Shown: piece by piece, positions 19,229 through 28,912 of the stretch
Layout: every line of letters starts with the position of its first letter
How positions within the stretch are numbered: the first letter of the stretch is position 1
Source: Clostridia bacterium
GTDB lineage: Bacteria; Bacillota; Clostridia; UMGS1883; UMGS1540
Length of the DNA: 54,051 nt
Direction: 5' to 3'
NCBI GenBank assembly: GCA_045533905.1
Contig: JAZSIR010000014.1
Location: 1-54,051, forward strand
Made by a program: the position numbers and the translations under genes
The notes under the pieces: model-generated
What the model was told of the DNA's origin: nothing
What the model saw: the letters and a program-made list of their open reading frames with translations, nothing else
Database searches by the model: none

Positions 19229-20092
19229 TTAGTAGAAACTCGTAATCATTTTCAGAATATGTGTTTCCCCGTTTTGCATCCCGCGGGAAACACAAAGAAG
19301 CGTGCCATCCGCAGAAAAAACGGCAAATTCGCCGTCTTTTTGGTACGGATTCAAAATCGCCACCCCGTTTCGCACCTTTTTTTCCTCTGCCTCGGAGGTG
19401 ATTACCTTTGGAAGATGTGAAAATACAGTGGCGGTATCTAAAATATGCTTTTCGGGTTCTTCTTCAAACACCGAAAGCAAAACGGAATTTTCTTTTGTGA
19501 ATGCGCCGCACTCGGTGCGCGAGAGCGCCGTCATATGCGCACCGCAGCCAAGTGCCTCACCAATGTCCTTACAAAGTGTGCGGATGTACGCGCCTTTTGA
19601 ACATTCCACCAAAAAGGTGACATACGGCGCTGCGATTTCCACGGGGGAAATACTGTAAAACGTAACCTCGCGCGGCTTTCTCTCCACCACGATGCCTTGC
19701 CGCGCCAAATCGTAAAGACGCTTTCCTTCGTGGTGCACCGCGGAATACATCGGTGGAATCTGGTGGCAGACGCCTACAAAAGAACGAAGCGCCGCCAAAA
19801 TTTCTTCCTCGCTGCATGTGACCGGTTTTTCCGCAAGAATTTCACCGGTGCTGTCCTCGGTGTCGGTGGTTTTGCCAAGGCACAGCGTCGCAAGATATGT
19901 CTTTCTGGCCGCTACCACAAAATCCACAGCATGTGTGGCTTTGCCGATGCAAATCGGCAAAACGCCTTCGGCCATAGGGTCGAGCGTGCCGGTATGCCCT
20001 ACGCGGCGTGTGCCTGTCGCGCGTCTTACGCGCGAGACCACATCGTGGCTCGTAAGCCCCGTCGGCTTCCAGATATTAACTATGCCGTCCAT
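19229..20092 (-). CDS. truB: tRNA pseudouridine(55) synthase
   Basis: GHTGTLDPMAEGVL, PPMYSA, CSKGAYIRTL. Confidence 0.98.
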   Translation of the reverse strand: MDGIVNIWKPTGLTSHDVVSRVRRATGTRRVGHTGTLDPMAEGVLPICIGKATHAVDFVVAARKTYLATLCLGKTTDTEDSTGEILAEKPVTCSEEEILAALRSFVGVCHQIPPMYSAVHHEGKRLYDLARQGIVVERKPREVTFYSISPVEIAAPYVTFLVECSKGAYIRTLCKDIGEALGCGAHMTALSRTECGAFTKENSVLLSVFEEEPEKHILDTATVFSHLPKVITSEAEEKKVRNGVAILNPYQKDGEFAVFSADGTLLCVSRGMQNGETHILKMITSFY

Positions 20093-21026
20093 AGGTCTCC
20101 CCTAATTTCTCAATAATTTTTTCCTGCCACTCGGCAAGCGTACCCGAAACTGTGGCACCGGCTGCGCGGGCGTGCCCGCCGCCGCCGAGCGTCTTACAAA
20201 ACGCCGCCGCATCGATATACTGATTGGTGCGCATGGAAATTTTAATTTCGCCGTCCTTTTCGCGAAGGAGAACGCCCGTTTCCACCCCGCGCACAGCGCG
20301 AAGTAAACCGGAAAGGTTTGCCGTGTCCTCGTCCTTTGCCCCGAATGCGGCAATCTCGGCTTCGGAAAGTGCGGCAATCGCCGTTTTTCCATCGTGCAAA
20401 ATCGCGGCGCGGCTCATCACCGCCGCCTCGAGACGGATTTTTTCAATAGAATTCTGTTCAAAAACATTGTGGCACACCTTTGCGCTCTCAGCGCCTGCCT
20501 CCAGAAGGTCTGCGGCAAGGCGGTGGGTTTGCGCGGTGGTGTTGGAATAGCGGAAACCGCCCGTATCGGTCACAAGACCTGTGTAGAGAATCGTGGCCGC
20601 CTTCTCATATGAAACGCCTGCTTCTTCAAAGAGCGCCGCCACAAGCTCTGCTGTGGCTGCGGCAGAAGGGTCTATAACGGCAACGTCGCCAAACCCCTCG
20701 TTCGTCATATGATGGTCAATCACAAGTTTTACGCGCGCAGATGCAAAAAGCGGTGCGCGATTTCCTAATCGGAAAATATCGCCCGAGTCAACAGCCACGG
20801 CCGTATCGAACGCTTTTTCTTCCCCCGCGTACACGGTGAATACGTCGCCAAGGAAGAGAAGGTCTTCCCGCGGCGGCTCTTCCGTATAAATGGTATAGGG
20901 AATATTGTACGTTTCCAAAAGCTTCCCAAGCGCTGCGGAAGAAGCAAGTGCATCCCCGTCCGCGCTCTTATGCGGCAGAATGACTACGTTTTTTGCAGCC
21001 TTTAGTGCTTTTAAAAGTGCTTTCAT
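20076..21026 (-). CDS. nrnA: DHH/DHHA1 oligoribonuclease/pAp phosphatase
   Basis: DGDA, IDHH, DTGGF, GGGH. Confidence 0.9.
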   Translation of the reverse strand: MKALLKALKAAKNVVILPHKSADGDALASSAALGKLLETYNIPYTIYTEEPPREDLLFLGDVFTVYAGEEKAFDTAVAVDSGDIFRLGNRAPLFASARVKLVIDHHMTNEGFGDVAVIDPSAAATAELVAALFEEAGVSYEKAATILYTGLVTDTGGFRYSNTTAQTHRLAADLLEAGAESAKVCHNVFEQNSIEKIRLEAAVMSRAAILHDGKTAIAALSEAEIAAFGAKDEDTANLSGLLRAVRGVETGVLLREKDGEIKISMRTNQYIDAAAFCKTLGGGGHARAAGATVSGTLAEWQEKIIEKLGETYGRHS

Positions 21027-21391
21027 TCTGTTTCCTCGCTCTTTTCTGCAGTTCCCATCACGTCTTTTAAAACCTTGTTGATGTGCGCGCCGTAGGCAAT
21101 GGAATGGTCTGCCTTAAAAATAAATTCCGGCACAGCACGAAGCTTTAAACGGTTTCCGATTTCGCGGCGGACAAAGCCGGATGCGGCTTTGAGCGCGGAA
21201 AGCGTATTTTTTTCTTCCTCTTCGCTTCCCATAACGCTTATATAGGCTGTGGCGTAGCGAAGGTCACGTGTGACCTCCACCTGCACAACGCTTACAATAT
21301 CTGCCATACGAGGGTCCTTTAAGGTGCGGATAACCGCGCCAAGTTCCCTTCTGACTTCTTCATCTATGCGATTTTGTCTGTATCCCGCCAT
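21023..21391 (-). CDS. rbfA: Ribosome-binding factor A
   Basis: LKDPR, VEVTRDL, LRAVPEF. Confidence 0.97.
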   Translation of the reverse strand: MAGYRQNRIDEEVRRELGAVIRTLKDPRMADIVSVVQVEVTRDLRYATAYISVMGSEEEEKNTLSALKAASGFVRREIGNRLKLRAVPEFIFKADHSIAYGAHINKVLKDVMGTAEKSEETE

Positions 21392-21400
21392 AGGCGCCTC

Positions 21401-23656
21401 CTAACGGGCGACTTCCTCCATAATGGAGCATTCCACAATATCGCCCTCTTTAATATCATTAAACTTTTCAAAGCTCATACCGCATTCATAGCCGGAGGCA
21501 ACTTCCTTCACATCGTCCTTAAAGCGGCGAAGTGTAGAAAGGTCGCCCTCGTGGATAACGATACCGTCACGTACAATACGAACACCGCAGCCGCGCTGAA
21601 TCTTACCGTCCTGCACGTAGCAGCCTGCAATCGTGCCGACGCCGCTGACCTTGAAGGTCTGGCGGATTTCCGCGTGGCCAATCGTAACTTCCTTGTATTC
21701 CGGTGCAAGCATACCCTTCATAGCGGCCTCGATTTCCTCGATAGCCTGGTAGATTACGCGGTACATGCGCATATCGACCTTGTGCATCGCGGCGGCGCTT
21801 CTGGCACCCGAGTCGGGACGGACGTTAAAGCCAACGATGATGGCATTCGAAGCCGTGGCAAGCATAACATCCGATTCCGTAATAGCACCGACGGCGCCGT
21901 GGATTACGCGAACGCGAACTTCTTCGTTCGAGATTTTTTCAAGCGACTGTGTAACAGCTTCTACCGAGCCGCGAACGTCTGCCTTTACAATAATATTGAG
22001 ATCCTTTACATTGCCTTCCTGAATCTGGCTAAACAGATCTTCGAGGGAAACAATGCTTGTGGACTGTCTGTGTGCATCCTGTGCTTTCTGGCGGCGTGCT
22101 TCCACAACGTTCCTTGCCATCTTTTCATCCTTGACGGCATAGAACAAATCGCCACCCTCGCAAACCTCGTTCATACCCGTGATTTCAACAGGTGTGGACG
22201 GGCCTGCTTCCTTAAGGCGGTTGCCCTTATCGTCAAGCATTACGCGAACGCGACCCATAGAGGTGCCGGAAACAATCGTGTCGCCTGTACGGAGGGTACC
22301 GTTTTGTACGAGCACCGTGGCAACCGGACCGCGTCCTTTATCAAGACGTGCTTCGATAACGGTACCGCGGGCAAGACGGTCGGGATTTGCGCGCAGCTCC
22401 TTCATATCGGCAACGAGAATTACCATTTCGAGGAGGGTATCAATATTCTGATGCTGCTTTGCGGAAATCGGCACACAAATCGTGTCGCCACCCCAGGCTT
22501 CGGGGATGAGGCCGTATTCCGTAAGCTCCTGCATAACTCTGTCGGGGTTTGCGTTTTCTCTGTCGATTTTGTTAATGGCGATAACGATGCTGACACCTGC
22601 GGCCTTTGCATGGTCGAGGGCTTCCACGGTCTGCGGCATGATGCCGTCATCTGCGGCTACAACGATAATCGCAACGTCTGTAACCTGTGCACCGCGGGCG
22701 CGCATCGCCGTGAAGGCTTCGTGACCGGGGGTGTCAAGGAATGTGATGCGACGGTCGCCAAGGTGCACACTGTATGCACCGATGTGCTGGGTAATACCGC
22801 CGGCTTCTGTGGACGTAACGTTTGCAGAACGGATCGCGTCGAGAAGCGAAGTTTTACCATGGTCAACGTGACCCATAACTACAACAACCGGATCGCGCGG
22901 CACGAGCGAGGCTTCATCGTCTTCGTCATCCCCAAACAGTCTGTCTTCATCTGTAATAATGATTTCTTTTTCGACGATGGCGTTCATATCTTCGCCGATA
23001 AGTGCCGCCGTGTCGAAATCAATCGTCTGGCTGACGGAGGCCATAATGCCGAGCTGCATCAGGCGCTTAATAACTTCTGTGGCGCTTTCGCCAAGTTTGG
23101 CCGCAAAATCACCAACGGAAATTTCATCCGGCACCATAACGGTTTTCTTCTCCGGCTTCTTTTCCTTCTTTGCGGGTGCTTCCTGTACTTCCTGCGCCTG
23201 GGGGGCGCCCTTCTGACGCTTCTTGTCCTTTTTATTCTTCTGCTTTGCAGAGGCCTTCTCCGTCATTTCGGGGTCGACCATTTCTTCAATCTTTTCGTTC
23301 TGTTCAATCTTCTCGAGGTCCACAACCGAGCTGCGGGTATCGACATAGCGGCTCTTTGGTGCTTCCTCTTCCTTTTCCTCGGGGGCCGGTGTTTCTTCTA
23401 TTGCCGGCACTTCCTCTACCACAACCTCGGGCTCCGGCTTTTCTACCTTTTTCAAAAATTCCGTAATGTCCGAGCCGTCATCATACGCCGCGGTGTAATA
23501 ATCAAATATTATGTCCATATCGGCGTTTGTTAATGTACTCATATGGTTTTTTGTGCCCCTATCGTATTTGATGAGTACATCAATAACGTCTTTATTGACA
23601 AGATCCAAATCCTTTGCAATTGAGTGAATTCTCGGTTTATTTACTGTTTTAGCCAC
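21401..23656 (-). CDS. infB: Translation initiation factor IF-2
   Basis: [30 protein letters not shown]; probable GTG start at 23656. Confidence 0.99.
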   Translation of the reverse strand: MAKTVNKPRIHSIAKDLDLVNKDVIDVLIKYDRGTKNHMSTLTNADMDIIFDYYTAAYDDGSDITEFLKKVEKPEPEVVVEEVPAIEETPAPEEKEEEAPKSRYVDTRSSVVDLEKIEQNEKIEEMVDPEMTEKASAKQKNKKDKKRQKGAPQAQEVQEAPAKKEKKPEKKTVMVPDEISVGDFAAKLGESATEVIKRLMQLGIMASVSQTIDFDTAALIGEDMNAIVEKEIIITDEDRLFGDDEDDEASLVPRDPVVVVMGHVDHGKTSLLDAIRSANVTSTEAGGITQHIGAYSVHLGDRRITFLDTPGHEAFTAMRARGAQVTDVAIIVVAADDGIMPQTVEALDHAKAAGVSIVIAINKIDRENANPDRVMQELTEYGLIPEAWGGDTICVPISAKQHQNIDTLLEMVILVADMKELRANPDRLARGTVIEARLDKGRGPVATVLVQNGTLRTGDTIVSGTSMGRVRVMLDDKGNRLKEAGPSTPVEITGMNEVCEGGDLFYAVKDEKMARNVVEARRQKAQDAHRQSTSIVSLEDLFSQIQEGNVKDLNIIVKADVRGSVEAVTQSLEKISNEEVRVRVIHGAVGAITESDVMLATASNAIIVGFNVRPDSGARSAAAMHKVDMRMYRVIYQAIEEIEAAMKGMLAPEYKEVTIGHAEIRQTFKVSGVGTIAGCYVQDGKIQRGCGVRIVRDGIVIHEGDLSTLRRFKDDVKEVASGYECGMSFEKFNDIKEGDIVECSIMEEVAR

Positions 23657-23960
23657 TAAAGCCACCCCCATAAATTTTCAAAATTGCCGCCGCAAATCCC
23701 GTGTCCCGAATCCCTAAGACGGAAACACGGCCGCGCCCTGTAAGATGCGCAAGTCCGTCCACCGTGCCGAAGGGAATCAGCGGTACGCCGCTTGTTTTGC
23801 ATTTATCGCGCATACGTTTTTTCGTATTCTCGGAAGCGTCCTCCGCCACGATGACAAGGTGTACGCGCCTCGTGCGAAGAAGTGCCGTGCACTCCTCACT
23901 GCCGAAAGCCGCGCGGCCGGCTTTGACGCACAAACCAATCATACCTTCCAGTTTATGCAT
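23649..23960 (-). CDS. ylxQ: L7Ae-family RNA-binding protein (YlxQ)
   Basis: [19 protein letters not shown]; position in the nusA-infB operon. Confidence 0.9.
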   Translation of the reverse strand: MHKLEGMIGLCVKAGRAAFGSEECTALLRTRRVHLVIVAEDASENTKKRMRDKCKTSGVPLIPFGTVDGLAHLTGRGRVSVLGIRDTGFAAAILKIYGGGFSG

Positions 23961-24213
23961 ATATCTCTCCTAATTGTGTGTAAACTTCTGCATCCACGCG
24001 GCAGGAAAGCGCACGCTCCAGTCTCTTCTGTGTGATGGCTTTCTCTACACACTCGCGGTTTTTGCAGATGTATGCGCCGCGCCCGTCTGTCCTTCCTTTT
24101 TCATCGAGGTAAACGGAGCCTTCGGGCGAGCGCGCCACGCGCTGCATCTCCTCCATCGGATGTGCCGTACGGCACGAGATGCACATACGCATTTTTGCAG
24201 GTTTATTCGCCAA
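23953..24213 (-). CDS. ylxR: YlxR/RnpM RNA-binding protein
   Basis: RMCISC, GRGAYIC. Confidence 0.92.
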   Translation of the reverse strand: MANKPAKMRMCISCRTAHPMEEMQRVARSPEGSVYLDEKGRTDGRGAYICKNRECVEKAITQKRLERALSCRVDAEVYTQLGEIYA

Positions 24214-25254
24214 TTAGAACACCCCGCCTACTTCCTTATCGCTCTTGATATCAATCTTCCAGCCGGTAAGCTTTGCCGCAAGACGTGCATTCTGGCCTTC
24301 CTTGCCGATGGCAAGCGAAAGCTGGAATTCCGGTACGACCACTTCGGCTGCGTTGTTTTCTTTATCGAGTGTTACGCGAAGCACCTTTGCGGGGCTGATG
24401 CTTTCGGTGATAAATACGGTCGGGTCTTCGCTGTACTTTACAATGTCAACCTTTTCTTCGCCAAGGCCGCGCAAAACGGCGGTAACGCGGGCACCCTTCT
24501 GGCCTACGCAGGCACCGACAGCGTCAACATTCGGGTTGTTCGAGCAAACGGCAATTTTCGAGCGCAAACCGGCTTCTCTTGCGATGCTCTTGATTTCTAC
24601 CGTGCCGTTTAAGATTTCCGGCACTTCGCGCTCAAAGAGGCGACGAACAAGACCGGGGTGTGTACGGCTGACGGTAATCTGCAGCCCCTTCGCGGTGTTT
24701 CTGACTTCCGTTACATATACAAGGAGCTTCTGGCCCGGGCGATATACTTCGCCGGCCGCCTGCTCGTGAATCGGCATAATCGTTTCGGTGGAACCGATTT
24801 CGATGAGAACGCCGCGTCTTTCATTTTTCTGGACAGTACCCAAAATTACATCGTTTTCCTTGCTCTGGTATTCGGAGTACATTCTGCCTCTTTCGGCTTC
24901 GCGGATATGCTGCACCAGCATCTGCTTTGCGTTCTGTGCGGCAATGCGGCCGAAGTTCTTCGGCGTTGTCTCCATCGTAACCACGTCGCCCACCTTATAC
25001 TTTGCATTGATATTCTGCGCTTCTTCAAGCGTCATCTCCATCGAGGAATCTTCTACTTCTTCCACAACGGTTTTCTGGGTGTGTACGCGAATGTTTCCGT
25101 TATCGTCGATTTCCACTTCCACATTCTCGCCTGCATTATAATACTTTCTGTATGCGCTTGCAAGTGCCGTGCGGAGTGTTGCCAAAAGGTCTTCCTTATT
25201 GATTTTCTTTTCCTTCTCCAGAAGTTCCAGTGCCGTCATCAGTTCATTTGCCAT
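24214..25254 (-). CDS. nusA: Transcription termination factor NusA
   Basis: FGRIAAQ, SRTHP, EVPEI, LAIGKEGQNARLA; start MANELM. Confidence 0.99.
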   Translation of the reverse strand: MANELMTALELLEKEKKINKEDLLATLRTALASAYRKYYNAGENVEVEIDDNGNIRVHTQKTVVEEVEDSSMEMTLEEAQNINAKYKVGDVVTMETTPKNFGRIAAQNAKQMLVQHIREAERGRMYSEYQSKENDVILGTVQKNERRGVLIEIGSTETIMPIHEQAAGEVYRPGQKLLVYVTEVRNTAKGLQITVSRTHPGLVRRLFEREVPEILNGTVEIKSIAREAGLRSKIAVCSNNPNVDAVGACVGQKGARVTAVLRGLGEEKVDIVKYSEDPTVFITESISPAKVLRVTLDKENNAAEVVVPEFQLSLAIGKEGQNARLAAKLTGWKIDIKSDKEVGGVF

Positions 25255-25270
25255 TTTGTTTTCCGTCCTT

Positions 25271-25735
25271 TCAAAAATTTCCGTCGAACACGGTGCGCAC
25301 ACGGGACACCAGTCCGTTTTCAAAACGGCGCTCTTCGCCGTCCTCTGTTTCTACTGTGATATGTGTTTTATCATATGCCCGCAAAATACCGGTGAGATTT
25401 TTCTTGCCGTCCTGCGGAGCATAAAACCGAAGCTCTACTGTTTCTCCCATAGCCGTCAGAAAGTGCCACTCGCGTGACAAAATTCTTTCAAGTCCCGGGG
25501 AAGAAACTTCCAGAAGGTACGCTTCCTCGATGGGATCCGTCTCATCGAGTGCAGTGCTGAGTGCGCGGCTTACCGCCTCGCAGTCCTCCAGATCCACACC
25601 ATTCTCCCCATAGAGAAACACGCGTAAAAACCAGTTTGGGCCTTCTTTTTTGTACTCTACATCGTACACCGAAAGGCCGCGCTCGGTCGCAATGGGCGTT
25701 GCCATTTCTTCCACTGTTTTTTCGATTTTAGCCAT
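25271..25735 (-). CDS. rimP: Ribosome maturation factor RimP
   Basis: DCEAVS, YLLEVSSPGLER. Confidence 0.97.
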   Translation of the reverse strand: MAKIEKTVEEMATPIATERGLSVYDVEYKKEGPNWFLRVFLYGENGVDLEDCEAVSRALSTALDETDPIEEAYLLEVSSPGLERILSREWHFLTAMGETVELRFYAPQDGKKNLTGILRAYDKTHITVETEDGEERRFENGLVSRVRTVFDGNF

Positions 25736-25763
25736 ATACTTCTCCTAAAAAAACAAAGTATGC

Positions 25764-25833
25764 TATGAGGGCGGCAAAATCTGCCGCCCTCATATACCAT
25801 TCGTATTATAGCACACATTTTCTGGCTTTGCAA
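25764..25833 (-). promoter_or_regulatory. sigmaA promoter and leader hairpin of the rimP-nusA-infB operon
   Basis: TTGCAA-17-TATAAT with extended TG (25805-25833); 13-bp stem TATGAGGGCGGCA/TGCCGCCCTCATA. Confidence 0.8.
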
Positions 25834-25866
25834 GCCTTTTTTGTAATTTTTTTCAGGAAAATCGGC

Positions 25867-25910
25867 ATTTTCACACGGGTACGTTCATTGGCACGGCGTA
25901 TGTTGAAAAT
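25867..25910. other. Candidate serine-recombinase attachment site at the sigG breakpoint
   Basis: 44-bp dyad: ATTTTCA (25867-73) / TGAAAAT (25904-10) plus inner CGT/ACG and C/G pairs, centred on TT 25888-89 (coding strand CC-AA-TG). Confidence 0.7.
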
Positions 25911-26176
25911 TTTACGCCGTGGCTCGTATCAAAATTATCAATTGCCTTCATAAGGCCGATGCAGCCGACCTGAAAAAGGTCGTCCACATGCTCGCCGCGA
26001 TTTTGAAACCTTTGAATGACGCTTAAAACAAGGCGCAAATTTCCCTCAATAAAGCTTTCGCGCGCCGCGGTGTTTCCTTTCTTGATTTCTTGCAGAAGTT
26101 TTTCCTTCTCTTCTTCACTCAAAATTGGGAGTTTTGCGGTATTCACGCCGCTGATATCCACTTTATGCATTGCCAT
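25871..26176 (-). pseudogene. sigG: 5' fragment (about 97 conserved codons) of forespore sigma factor SigG; split or truncated gene
   Basis: KVDISGVNTAKLPIL, GNLRLVLSVIQRF, DDLFQVGCIGLMKAIDNFD, KFSTYAVPM, then NVPV-stop where SigG normally continues with IIGEIRRYLRD; AGGAGG RBS. Confidence 0.93.
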
Positions 26177-26197
26177 GGCAAATCCTCCTCTATATAC

Positions 26198-26245
26198 AAA
26201 AATCCCCTTCAAGGATAGTATCCGTTTGAAGGGGATTTTTTATAC
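26198..26245 (-). promoter_or_regulatory. sigF/sigG-type promoter of sigG interleaved with a 15-bp inverted repeat
   Basis: GTATA-19 bp-ATACTA; AAAAATCCCCTTCAA / TTGAAGGGGATTTTT. Confidence 0.65.
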
Positions 26246-26254
26246 GCTAATTTA

Positions 26255-27205
26255 TTAGTTGCACTCGGCGTTTAACGGGCCTGCGAGTTCTTTGAGGAAG
26301 AACAGCTTGCCGGGCATTGTGGGAATGAAGGAAGAGGTGATCCACTTGGTCGGACCATAGCGGAGCGTCATCCAAAGGCTCATGCCCTGCCACTGCATAC
26401 CGCGGGAAAGATAACCGTCTGCACCGCCGATGCAGTAGTCTGCCTGCAGAATGATGCCGGGGCCAATGGTGTTGGCGCGGCACGGAACGAGAGTTGTTCT
26501 CGACTTAAAGCTTGTGATAGCGTTCTGTTCGATTGTTAAAGGATGGAGCTTTGCACCGATGCGATGCGTCTGTGCCTTCCATTCTTCTTCTGTTGCAAAT
26601 TCTGCTGCAAACTGCGGTTCCCAGAAAGCGATGTGGCACATTCTGCCGATGCCGTATACGAGCACCATCTTTGCACCTTCTGCCTTGAGCTTTGCAATCT
26701 TTTCAGCGTAAAGCGGAAGGTTATCCTTCGTTGCGAAGTTGCGCTGGGATTCGGGAACGGTGAGTTCGCCGAGCGGATTATAGAAAGCTTCCTTCATAGC
26801 ATTTGTGAAGGCGGCCGGATCGTCAGATGCGAGCGTGTTGCCTTCAGCATCGGACCATTCGTCCATATTGAAGCAATGGATATGGTCGCACTTTACGTTC
26901 CATGCGCGGAGGAAGTATACAGCCCACTTGTACATGCCCATCGGGCCTACCGGGAGGATGAAAATGAGCTTTTCGCCCTTATCGCGGCCTTCCTTGATTT
27001 TCAGAGCAATTTCGTGACCCATAAGGGTGTCAAAATCGCCGAGGGAGTCACACTGAATCGGTGTGAAATCTTTGTGCCAGAAAGACTGCTTTTCAAAAAT
27101 TTCTTCCGGCTTGTGCTGACAGCAAGCGTCAATCTTTTCCATGTCCCAGCCTTCAGGATAGAATCCTTCGAGAAGGGAGCCTTTAACGGTATCTGCAAAA
27201 TTCAT
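26255..27205 (-). CDS. Glucosamine-6-phosphate isomerase/deaminase-family protein (NagB-like)
   Basis: [30 protein letters not shown]. Confidence 0.8.
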   Translation of the reverse strand: MNFADTVKGSLLEGFYPEGWDMEKIDACCQHKPEEIFEKQSFWHKDFTPIQCDSLGDFDTLMGHEIALKIKEGRDKGEKLIFILPVGPMGMYKWAVYFLRAWNVKCDHIHCFNMDEWSDAEGNTLASDDPAAFTNAMKEAFYNPLGELTVPESQRNFATKDNLPLYAEKIAKLKAEGAKMVLVYGIGRMCHIAFWEPQFAAEFATEEEWKAQTHRIGAKLHPLTIEQNAITSFKSRTTLVPCRANTIGPGIILQADYCIGGADGYLSRGMQWQGMSLWMTLRYGPTKWITSSFIPTMPGKLFFLKELAGPLNAECN

Positions 27206-27233
27206 TTCGGTTCTTCCTTTCTTTTTTTATATT

Positions 27234-27938
27234 TTACGGCAGGAGCCGTTTCGGTACAAGCTTCGGCCAGGCGTAGCATTTCGTAAATGCTTCGGCATAC
27301 GGCACGCCGCACTGGAGACCGCGGAATTTTGCGCAAGTCTTCACAAAGTCGGCAAAATCAATATTATCATGGTCACGCATCCACTTCATCTGGCTTTCGT
27401 GACATTCGAGCATTTCCATCTTAAGATCAATCGTGTCGGTAATATCGACGTATTCTGTCGGCATAAAGTTAATGCCGGCGAGTGTGTCCATATAGTAAAT
27501 GGGTGTGAGCGCCGCCGTACCCGGCACGCTTGTTTCATAATGCCCTACGCTTGCGGCAAAAGAAGCGTCAAATACGAGCTTACTTACCGCCGTATGGTCG
27601 GGCATATAATCCTGTGGCGAATGTGTGATGATAACGTCCGGCTGTTCGGCGCGGATTACATCCACAACCTTATCTCTCTGTGCCTTGTCCTCGGCATACA
27701 GCATAACGTCGCCGATATCGCAGGTGATAACGCGAATGCCGGCAATACGCCCTGCCTTCTTCGCTTCCTCAGCGCGTATGGCGCGAAGCTCGTCCGGCTG
27801 TATAATGGCGTGGCCGAGGTTACCGTTTGCCACGTGGCATACTACAACTTCATGTCCTTCTTTTACATACTTTGCCATGGTGCCGGCGCATGCTACTTCA
27901 ATATCGTCCGGATGGCACCCAAATGCAAGAACCTTCAT
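27234..27938 (-). CDS. PIG-L/LmbE family deacetylase
   Basis: CHPDDIE, R.EEA..A, D.MPDH, YAEAF. Confidence 0.9.
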   Translation of the reverse strand: MKVLAFGCHPDDIEVACAGTMAKYVKEGHEVVVCHVANGNLGHAIIQPDELRAIRAEEAKKAGRIAGIRVITCDIGDVMLYAEDKAQRDKVVDVIRAEQPDVIITHSPQDYMPDHTAVSKLVFDASFAASVGHYETSVPGTAALTPIYYMDTLAGINFMPTEYVDITDTIDLKMEMLECHESQMKWMRDHDNIDFADFVKTCAKFRGLQCGVPYAEAFTKCYAWPKLVPKRLLP

Positions 27939-28062
27939 TCTTTTCTCTTCCTTTCATCCGCCCCACGGCGGTGTTTTTATCAGTATATCATACTTCCAAC
28001 TGTATTTGCATATGTAGACTGCCCAAATCTTGGGAAAAATTTTGTACGTTTTGACGAATCTG

Positions 28063-28911
28063 TCAAAGCTTCACCGCCGGAAGGCTATGGTTTTCAAGCA
28101 GACGCGGCACCATAAGCTCCATCGGCACGCCCTCTCTTACCGGCACGCCCTGCTGTTGTGCCGTGCGAATGGCTGTGAACACAAAGTCCGCCGCCTTTCC
28201 TGCCGCCTCGCAAAGCTGCGCGCCCGAAAGGAGTGCGCCTGTGAGTACGGACGTAAACAAATCGCCCGTGCCGGGGTAATGCGTGTGGATATACGGGTTT
28301 TCGATTTTGTACATTGCGCCATTTTTCTTGTCGCAGACGAGAACCGCTACCGTTTTGCCGCACGGCACACCCGTGATGACAACGGCACCCCCGGGAAGCT
28401 TTTCGGCGCAGCGCACCGCGCACGCGAGGCTCTCCTCCATCGGCTCGCCCGATAAAAAGCAGGCCTCGGTGAGATTCGGGGTGATAACGTCCGCACGCTC
28501 GATAAGCTTTGCCATCGCATCCGCCATCCTCGCATCAAAGCAGTCGTAGCACTTGCCGTCATCGGCAAAAACGGGATCCACCACGACGAGGGGCGCGCGC
28601 GTTTCCGAGATGAATCGGCTCGTCACCTCCACGCCCTCGGCAGAACCGATAAAGCCGGTATAAATACAATCAAATTCGCATTCTTCTTTTTTCCAATGTG
28701 CAAAGAGGCGCGAGAGAAACGGCGTCATATCCTCCATCGCATAGCCGGTGTAAAAACCGGTGATGGAAGAGAGCACCGCCGTCGGCGCAGGGCAGGCCTG
28801 ATGGCCCATTACGCTTAAGGTGGGCATTACCACCGTAAGCGAGCTTCGCCCAAAGCCGGCAATATCGTGAATCGCCGCCACTTTTTTGGGAATGCCTAGG
28901 TTTCTTTCCAT
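28063..28911 (-). CDS. Pyridoxal/pyridoxamine kinase (PdxK-like)
   Basis: HDIAGFGRSSL, VDPVFAD, ITPNLTEA, GTGDLF. Confidence 0.88.
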   Translation of the reverse strand: MERNLGIPKKVAAIHDIAGFGRSSLTVVMPTLSVMGHQACPAPTAVLSSITGFYTGYAMEDMTPFLSRLFAHWKKEECEFDCIYTGFIGSAEGVEVTSRFISETRAPLVVVDPVFADDGKCYDCFDARMADAMAKLIERADVITPNLTEACFLSGEPMEESLACAVRCAEKLPGGAVVITGVPCGKTVAVLVCDKKNGAMYKIENPYIHTHYPGTGDLFTSVLTGALLSGAQLCEAAGKAADFVFTAIRTAQQQGVPVREGVPMELMVPRLLENHSLPAVKL

Positions 28912-28912
28912 T

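Noticed and set aside
21374-23533. 719-aa plus-strand ORF
   Set aside because: Antisense shadow of infB caused by codon bias; no motifs or RBS. The same applies to long antisense ORFs over nusG, rplA, lysS and the EAL gene.
25885-25889. AATGA at the sigG breakpoint equals the core repeat I recall for the B. subtilis skin element
   Set aside because: Five bases, largely dictated by the Pro-Met-Ile codons; not independent evidence of relatedness.
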